DNA of 63,327 nt, filler included, from Collodictyon triciliatum (taxonomy: Eukaryota), in NCBI GenBank assembly GCA_043381765.1. It is 5 parts of 5 records of this genome, joined end to end, with 100 filler letters (N's around TTAATTAATTAA, not from the genome) between each part and the next. Parts side by side here need not be neighbours in the genome. Positions count along the whole stretch, not along the records: positions 46,443 to 62,130 come from JBHJMP010001645.1; positions 62,231 to 63,327 come from JBHJMP010001835.1; 3 more parts are not named here. One strand, written 5' to 3'. The notes under the pieces were generated by a model. The model searched no databases, was not told the DNA's origin, and was given only the letters and a program-made list of their open reading frames with translations. Below are positions 55,063-63,327 of the stretch, one piece after another. A program made the position numbers and the translations under genes. The stretch's first letter is position 1; the number at the start of each line of letters is the position of its first letter.

Positions 55063-58000
55063 TTATTTGCCCGACAATGCAGGAGACACTAGGAAATCTT
55101 TCAACTGGACTCGTCGCGCAGCCCCGAGTTGCCCGTCTGTGTTAAAGAATCTGCGCTGCCTGGGCTCGTCTGCTTTGTTGAGGTCTCTTTGGTTATGCAA
55201 ATAGAAACACCCCTGGCCAAATGGACAGCCTCGGTCTGAGTTGTGGAACTTGCAAGGAATCGCCTTCATCTTTGCTGCAAACACATCCATCAATTTGGCC
55301 TTTCGTTCGGGGTCGGTTACCAATCGCTCGCACGGGATGATAACCGTGGATACCTTTGAGCATAATGGGCATGTCTTTGTGACGGGAGTTTCAACAGCCC
55401 CTCGATGGTCACGTATGCATTCCAAACAAAAGAAGTCGTTGCACTGGTCTTTTTTTAAAAAAATAAAATAAATGAATGAATGAATAGATAATCAAAATAG
55501 TCAAAGAAATGAAAAATGAAAAATGAAAATAATATGGAAAGAAAAGAAAAGAATGCAAAAATTAAAGGTAAAGTGATGTTAATGAATGCATAACAAACTC
55601 ATGAGCCCGAATTTCTTTCGCAGTTCGGCAGGTTTTCCTTGACAGAGAACACATATAGCTCCTTGTGACTGCATCCTTTCTTTCGCAGTCATAACCATTT
55701 CGTAACAAGATTCTGTGTGTCCTGCAAGTAATTTTTTAAAATATACATAAAAATCTTTCGACATCTGAAAAAAAAAGGGCTTATCAATAAGTTTATATGG
55801 ACGAAATGGACAGCCTTACTATCCCGTTCCTCTCGATTTTCTGGATGAAGGACGTTTCTAGAACAGTGTGGACACTTCAAGCCGTGAATGTTGCGGCAGT
55901 GGCTTCCATACCGACAGGAGCCATTTAAGTGGAAGATACAAAGGGGTCTAAAGTATATAATCAGTGAGTACTATCTTATTCGAATCAAAACATTCAAGTA
56001 GCAATAGTAAGGGATTAAATTGACGAAGAGATAATAATTTTTTCGAAAATTCTTGAAAAAAAAAGTATGCTAAGAGATATTAATACAGAGCATAACTACG
56101 TGTTTGAAAAAAATAGAATTAACAAATAATCATGAAGCACACATCAGATTTTTTTCTTTTACATACAGCCTCTTTTGTTGGCTGACTCTTTTGCATCTTG
56201 CAGGGAAAATTCATGGATTCTTGGGACCTTTTAGACGAAATTGCATCTTCAAAGTCATTTGAATCGGTAGGGAGCCTGTCTAATTGATAAATATTACGCT
56301 CCCATTCTGCTGTGCTGTTGTTTGAGACGAACAAATTGCTCATATAGGCACCCACTTTTTCAGAGTAATCAGTTCTTGATTCTGCGACAGTTTTTGGCGA
56401 ACTATTAGCTTGGAAAAGAGTATTGAAGGAAAACTCAAACGAACTCTCTGTGTTATTCCCTACAGCAGGGAGACTTGTTTCGGTGAGTTATATTGTTTTT
56501 AGGGCTGCTGACTTATTTACTAAATGTATGGGTTGTATCTGCAAATATGAAGGTTTCAAGGTTTCTAGGCCTTGTGTATCGATGGACAAACTAACTGGTT
56601 GGATTAGGGGGGAATCTGTACATCCTAGCTGTGTGGATGACCGTCTCGAGTTTGGTGCAACTGATGAATGATAGTTCATAACAGGATCAGGCCTGCTTTC
56701 CATAGAAGATAGTGAAAAAGTGGAAAGTGCATTATCAGACGAAAGAAATGATGACCGACTCATCGAATGCGAATCCGGTTGATTTTGAAAATTCTGTGTG
56801 GTGTGTATCATACTTGATTCGCTTCTGAAGGCCATATTAGAATCGAATAATGGAAAGCTTCGTTCAAAAAAGGATGACAAGTTAGCCGATGACTCACTAG
56901 GTGCTGTGTCATGATGTTGAGCAAAAGCAAAGCGGCTTTTGGATGATGGTGATGGAGAGAAACTAAAGGATTGTGAAGCAAACAGAGGACTAGCATCTGG
57001 ACGTGAATCAAAAGTCGAGCGAGCAGTGAAAGAAGGTGACATTATAGATGACTTTGGTTCACTGATCTGTTCGATACTGTTAAAATTATAACATGAGCTA
57101 TTTGAATTATCTTCCAAGAAAAATGGTGAGCAATTATGAGCGCCATTAAATGGAGATAGTGGGGTCTCGCTGTCTAAAGCATTTTCTTTCTGCAACTTTA
57201 AACTTGGTTGAGGAGTATGTGATTGAGAATGGTTCAGAAAAGGTTTTGATGACATGAAAGGAGAAAGAGACAGGACGTTCATCTCATCGACACTATGATT
57301 TGCTTCAAAAGGATTGTTTGTAATACAGTATTGAATATGCTCACTGAGGGGCATTTGTAAGGACGAGATGTTTGACGTGATAAATGATGTGCTTGATGGG
57401 TTAGTTGGCTCCCGAGTAGGTGAATTTCTGGGTAAAATACTTGCTGTTGAAGATTTAAACTCCAAAATAGAGCTGACGTTTGTGTCAAGCTTTGGTGATT
57501 GCATTATTTGAGGAGATGTGCCGTTTGATACGTCGTTGGCTTTCATCAAATTACATGTCTTGTCAAATGGTAGAAGAGGTGTCGAATTTTCATTTGAAGA
57601 GGGACTGCTCCTTGAGGAATCAAAGCTCGTAAATGGCTCGCTCGTGGAGCAGAATGACAAGTCATTATCAAGTAAAGAAGAGGCATGGCTCTCTATTGCT
57701 GGTGAGTCATCTGTGTTCGCAGCTGTCGATAAAGGGGACAGGGACGCAGATTCGGCGATAGATATTGGTGATGTGAATGAAAAATTCTCTTGTGACTGGG
57801 AGGCTATCACCCTATTAATAGTGTCATCTAGGTCAATCGAAAGATTTGTTTTGGATGAGGAAAGTAACTTTGTGGACGATTCAGGCTCATCATTTGCGTT
57901 CTCCGTGATATATTCGGCTTTGGTTACTGGCAGGGCTTGTGTGTGAGCAAAGTTGCATAACGCACCGCGGCGACAATGACCAGCGAGGTGGTACTTGCAG

Positions 58001-58119
58001 ACTTGGACGTGACTGGAAATCAGGCTTTGTTGGTGGGAAAAATGACAACTTTTGCCGTTTATGCAGTGGCCGTTTCGATAGTACCTACATACAACCGGCT
58101 TCCTGCCTTGAAACGATAT
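55063..58119 (-). CDS. MKRN: Makorin RING finger E3 ligase; 5' end lies in the N gap
   Basis: CCCH fingers (CRYYRNGHCINGKSCHFSH; CKYHLAGHCRRGALCNFAH; CIFHLNGSCRYGSHCRNIH), makorin Cys-His motif CPHC..VLHP..H..SC, RING with KFGLM, and final CCCH CKFHNSDRGCPFGQGCFYLH. Confidence 0.9.
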
Positions 58120-59100
58120 NNNNNNNNNNNNNNNNNNNNNNNNNNNNNNNNNNNNNNNNNNNNNNNNNNNNNNNNNNNNNNNNNNNNNNNNNNNNNNNNN
58201 NNNNNNNNNNNNNNNNNNNNNNNNNNNNNNNNNNNNNNNNNNNNNNNNNNNNNNNNNNNNNNNNNNNNNNNNNNNNNNNNNNNNNNNNNNNNNNNNNNNN
58301 NNNNNNNNNNNNNNNNNNNNNNNNNNNNNNNNNNNNNNNNNNNNNNNNNNNNNNNNNNNNNNNNNNNNNNNNNNNNNNNNNNNNNNNNNNNNNNNNNNNN
58401 NNNNNNNNNNNNNNNNNNNNNNNNNNNNNNNNNNNNNNNNNNNNNNNNNNNNNNNNNNNNNNNNNNNNNNNNNNNNNNNNNNNNNNNNNNNNNNNNNNNN
58501 NNNNNNNNNNNNNNNNNNNNNNNNNNNNNNNNNNNNNNNNNNNNNNNNNNNNNNNNNNNNNNNNNNNNNNNNNNNNNNNNNNNNNNNNNNNNNNNNNNNN
58601 NNNNNNNNNNNNNNNNNNNNNNNNNNNNNNNNNNNNNNNNNNNNNNNNNNNNNNNNNNNNNNNNNNNNNNNNNNNNNNNNNNNNNNNNNNNNNNNNNNNN
58701 NNNNNNNNNNNNNNNNNNNNNNNNNNNNNNNNNNNNNNNNNNNNNNNNNNNNNNNNNNNNNNNNNNNNNNNNNNNNNNNNNNNNNNNNNNNNNNNNNNNN
58801 NNNNNNNNNNNNNNNNNNNNNNNNNNNNNNNNNNNNNNNNNNNNNNNNNNNNNNNNNNNNNNNNNNNNNNNNNNNNNNNNNNNNNNNNNNNNNNNNNNNN
58901 NNNNNNNNNNNNNNNNNNNNNNNNNNNNNNNNNNNNNNNNNNNNNNNNNNNNNNNNNNNNNNNNNNNNNNNNNNNNNNNNNNNNNNNNNNNNNNNNNNNN
59001 NNNNNNNNNNNNNNNNNNNNNNNNNNNNNNNNNNNNNNNNNNNNNNNNNNNNNNNNNNNNNNNNNNNNNNNNNNNNNNNNNNNNNNNNNNNNNNNNNNNN
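58120..59100. other. Scaffold gap
   Basis: Uninterrupted N run with no linker sequence. Confidence 0.97.
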
Positions 59101-59282
59101 NATACATACATACATACATACATACATACATACATACATACATACATACATGTTGACCAAGCCATAATATTTAAACTTGGTTCAATATTTTATTCCCTCT
59201 GGATAAAGAGTTTGTGAGGTATATATAAAAAAGGGAATAGACAAAGAAGCTCTGGTTTGTTCTTTTTTTTCCCCCTTTCCTT

Positions 59283-60770
59283 TCAGTAATGACGGCGTAT
59301 GCGAAAGCTGTTGATCGACAAGTAGCAGCACGTAATCAGCATACAAGAATTATAGAGTATAAGACGCCAGTTCCAGCGAGAAGGAGGTTTAGGTAAGAAG
59401 CTAAGTTTGTATGACTCTACAGTGGCGCAAATGACTCCAAAAACGAAATAAACTGACCATTGTATGAGGATGAAATATATGGCTGTGTAAATGTTGTCGA
59501 TTAAAGTAATCTCAAAGTGGTGTTGCATGTTTTTCATCAAGTACAGCAAGACGGGGACGATGAAGATAACCTTGACTTCCAACATCGTCTCCTGTGCCAC
59601 TTGCTCTCCGTGGAAAGCGATCATATAGTTTTCGTCATCTTCTGGGGTTTTCAAAACATCATGAATTTGATGAAACAGCTGGCTGACTCTCTGTACCTGG
59701 ATTTGAGCCATGAAACTGTTCATTTTTGGTGCGGATGGGCGAGATGGTAGCTGTTGCATTTCATTGATGGGGTCTTCTTGCACTCCATTCGAGTTTGTCA
59801 CCTTTGGATGACAGCTCAAAATGGCAGATTGTCTCCTTTTCATAAAATAAGGAAGAAGGGATTGCACACGCCTCAAAATCTTTTTGTTTAAGCGAAATAC
59901 TCTGATATAATTCCATCGCACGACAAGATCAATCAGACCAGAGCCGACAGCAAGAAGCACCACCGATGTCAGATCAGCAGTATTTGTAATCATCAGACGC
60001 CCGATCACAACACAAACAGCACTAACTGTGGATGGTTGCACACAACGCCGCTCCATGGATTCGGGAGACTTCCCGTACAGGACATCATATTGTAAGAATA
60101 CCAACACGTTGAAGAGGGCAGGAAAGGCGATGGACCGAAGGCCGATCTTTAACCAGATAGATGCCCTTTCAAAGAACGGCCAAAAGACATTCGCATACAA
60201 GGCGTAGCATATCACAATCACGGTTATGCCTTTGGAGAGAGCTAGCGGAGTACCATCTTTCGTGAGAGAAAACTGCACCTGCCTTTTCTCTTTCATTGTG
60301 TGGTCCCGAGAATCGATGAACCAGTTCGGCTCCAGGGATTTTGTCAAGGCGTGCATGAAGGAAAAGTGATGCGCAAGGTAGCAGATGTATTGCAGGTGGA
60401 AACTGATTGGAGCCACGAATATCCCCGTGAGAAGAAAGCCGATGTTCAGGAGCAGAAAGGGAGCCCCGATGTAAGCGACGAGCCGATACACTTGCCAGAG
60501 CCCGAAAGTCGCTGCAAAGCAGCACCATATGGAGACGTAAACAAGGATGTTGTTTGCAATCAAGTAGCCTAATAAGAAGCGATCGAGCGCACTCGATTCT
60601 GGCTCCATTCCAAAGGTAGGAGAAAACTCGATCAGAAGAAGGAGGAAGGCTGGGACACAGACAAGGAAAGAGTGCGCATGAATCTTACACACAACACAAA
60701 AAGCCGAGATGAAGCAGGTCCGCAATGATGGACACCCTTCGTTTGCAGGAGAGGAACTGCCGCTGTTCAT
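59283..60770 (-). CDS. Intronless multi-pass membrane protein (495 aa), family not recognised
   Basis: Long ORF with roughly nine or more hydrophobic segments. Confidence 0.7.
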   Translation of the reverse strand: MNSGSSSPANEGCPSLRTCFISAFCVVCKIHAHSFLVCVPAFLLLLIEFSPTFGMEPESSALDRFLLGYLIANNILVYVSIWCCFAATFGLWQVYRLVAYIGAPFLLLNIGFLLTGIFVAPISFHLQYICYLAHHFSFMHALTKSLEPNWFIDSRDHTMKEKRQVQFSLTKDGTPLALSKGITVIVICYALYANVFWPFFERASIWLKIGLRSIAFPALFNVLVFLQYDVLYGKSPESMERRCVQPSTVSAVCVVIGRLMITNTADLTSVVLLAVGSGLIDLVVRWNYIRVFRLNKKILRRVQSLLPYFMKRRQSAILSCHPKVTNSNGVQEDPINEMQQLPSRPSAPKMNSFMAQIQVQRVSQLFHQIHDVLKTPEDDENYMIAFHGEQVAQETMLEVKVIFIVPVLLYLMKNMQHHFEITLIDNIYTAIYFILIQWSVYFVFGVICATVESYKLSFLPKPPSRWNWRLILYNSCMLITCCYLSINSFRIRRHY

Positions 60771-62130
60771 CCTTGCTGGGGTGATGGTGCGAAACTCCTA
60801 AGTTGTTGTGAGGATCTTGTCACGACTCCTTTTCTTTTTCTTTTTTTGTTTCTTAATCTCTTTCTACGAGCGTTTTTATTATTATTATTTTATTATTTTA
60901 CTATTTTATTATTTTATTACGACGCAAGAGACAAGGACGAAGGTGATCTGAATGAAGAAAAGATCGAACCGATCGTTGGAGAAAGAAAAAGTGTTAACAT
61001 TAAAGATAAAAGGATATTAGGATTTAGCGGTTGGGAGTTGAGTTTTTGCAGCTGACGCAGTAGATATACCCGTTTGTGCTCTGTTTATGTTGGTATCTCA
61101 GCAGACTCCGTTTACGTGCACCGCATAGCCACATCACAAGGATGCTCGAGGGAAAGGCTTTGAAAACACTCATGAAGGAGCGGGAAACTGCATGGTTGGG
61201 ATACTTTGGCGGGCTTGGCTGGTGTCCGCGGGATGTCGTGTATAGATGACAACTCAGATGAAAGATAACAGCTTGCGTTGTTGATGGGCTTTCTCTTATC
61301 AAGTAGACGAAGGCGGATACGCAAAGATATAAAGAGATAAAGAGATAAAGAGACAAAGAGACAAAGAGACAAAGAGACAAAGAGACAAAGAGACAAAGAG
61401 ACAAAGAGACAAAGAGACAAAGAGACAAAGAGACAAATAAAAAGCAACAATACAGACAAGGCATTTCCCTTCAAATTGTGGGATGCTCGTTTATTTCCCC
61501 AGGGATTGCAGGAAGCCCTCTGAGCAACGCACAAGCTGATGGTAGACACTTTCAAAATCGGCGATAGTTCCATAATAAGGGTCCTCAACTATTTTGATGT
61601 TCTTGGGGTCGTATCTACGTACGAGAGGCGATTGTATTATTTGGTAAGCATGCATTTTAATGCATTATTTCCAAAAAAAACCATTTATCATCTGTTACAT
61701 CCCTCACTTTTTGCAGAAAATTATAGAAATATAGGATATAACTGCAAACGATGAATAATGATACCGATTTTTTTTTGTTTTTATCCATATTGATAGCATT
61801 TACATGGACATTCTTATAAGAAAAAAATACCTCCCCATAAACTCGAGCTTCTTGACAAACTCTGGAGGGCACACTCTTTTCAACTCAGACATGTTGTTTT
61901 CATCCATACACAAGATGTAGTCAAACTTTTCAAAGTCATCACGCTGAATCTAAATCATATAGAAAACATAAACAACAATCTTAAGTCAGTATAACATTTA
62001 ACAAAAGGAAAATAAGTTAGGAAAAATAAATAAGGAAAAAAGGAAAAAGGAAAAAGGAAAAAGGAAAAAGGAAAAAGGAAAAAGGAAAAAGGAAAAAGGA
62101 AAAAGGAAAAAGGAAAAAGGAAAAAGGAAA

Positions 62131-62230
62131 NNNNNNNNNNNNNNNNNNNNNNNNNNNNNNNNNNNNNNNNNNNNTTAATTAATTAANNNNNNNNNNNNNN
62201 NNNNNNNNNNNNNNNNNNNNNNNNNNNNNN
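62131..62230. other. Artificial contig linker
   Basis: N44-TTAATTAATTAA-N44. Confidence 0.97.
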
Positions 62231-62520
62231 AAATCGCCCCGCGAAAAAATAAATAAAATATAACATATACGCATTTTCTTCACCCAAATTTTTTTTTTTT
62301 TTTTTTTTTTTAGTAAAAGCTTATGACATAGCGCAAATGTTAAAACTTGAAAAGAACATGTATCTTTCTATACAAAAGATAGTCACAGAAAGCCAAAATA
62401 AACTACATATGTACATATGAAGGGATTTCTACCATATATCAGGTAAAATTGTCAACATGCCAAAACATAGAGGGGATAAATGAATGACTGACGATGAAAT
62501 GAGATTGTTCACCTTTTTCC

Positions 62521-63249
62521 CCAACGCGTGCTCATTGGTCAGTGCATCATCAGTCTCAATGTCGTCCAATACAATCGTACTTATAAGATTGTTGATTTTT
62601 TATACTTACATATACATAAACACACTAGATTGCATACCTAAATTAAACATATAGAAACATCATATTGATTATCCTGTGCGGCGGGACAAACCTGTTCAGA
62701 CGTGAGCGTGTATTCTCTTCTGCCAAAACAGCACTTCCTATAATCCACATGAGAACATGATTCGAGGGATGAAATCGAATCGGTGTTTTTTTTTTCTCAT
62801 AACAAACAAACAAACAAACAAACAAACAAACAAACAAACAAACAAACAAACAAACAAACAAACAAACAAACAAACAAACAAACAAAATTAAAAAAAAAGA
62901 ACTACTATACCAAAAGAGGTAGACGAGAGCTTTAAGTTATCCGTAGGATCTGTGTTTTGAAGCATACCAGATTTAGTGGATAAATAAGGGTGTTATGAGT
63001 ATAAAAAAATAAAAGCTGTTTTCATAAAAACAAGAACTTCACCAACCTGAGTTTTTGTCTTTGGAAAATACTTCCATGCGCATATCAATCGAATGGGGTC
63101 TCGCAGGGCGAGACGATTGGGGAGTAAAGTCATCATCAGCATTATCGGTCTTATCTTCTTGTTCTTGCCGCACTCTTTCGGTATTTATGGCCTCCAGATA
63201 TTCTGTGACGGCTTCTGGCGCCCTGGTTATCGTCTCTAGAATACTACAC

Positions 63250-63250
<1 letters not shown>
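62521..63250 (-). CDS. Internal exons of an unidentified gene on the last contig
   Basis: Open exon ILETITRAPEAVTEYLEAINTERVRQEQED... ending at a GT, plus further short exon-like blocks. Confidence 0.4.

Positions 63251-63327
<77 letters not shown>

Noticed and set aside
56488-59217. Long ORFs of 350-890 aa running through X residues
   Set aside because: Artefacts of translating the N gap; only the makorin portion is real.

Overview
Eukaryotic, intron-rich and microsatellite-rich DNA, probably from a protist. It consists of five unrelated contigs joined by artificial N44-TTAATTAATTAA-N44 linkers: 1-14734, 14835-30538, 30639-46342, 46443-62130 and 62231-63327. Host genes include RFC4, a macro-domain protein, a CaMK-family kinase, PME-1, a bromodomain+ET protein, an mS38/COX24-like protein, a PHO80-type cyclin, an ALDH21-like dehydrogenase, Skp1, Fis1, a transmembrane RING-H2 ligase and makorin. 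Three accessory elements stand out. (1) An endogenous Polinton-like virus/virophage-type element (38547 to the contig end at 46342) encodes a Tlr6F-like protein, a double-jelly-roll-type major capsid protein and a >1360-aa coiled-coil protein; it appears to sit in the last intron of Fis1. (2) A second virus-like end (29303-30538) carries a fibre-like ORF and a small membrane ORF. Both ends start at a 42-45 bp TGAT...ATCA palindrome followed by a similar motif, and they share a putative promoter/start motif, which suggests one integrating virus family with hairpin-type junctions. (3) A decayed Fanzor1 (eukaryotic TnpB) gene (25916-27800) is followed by a structured candidate omega-RNA. All family assignments come from motif recognition by eye; no searches were run.
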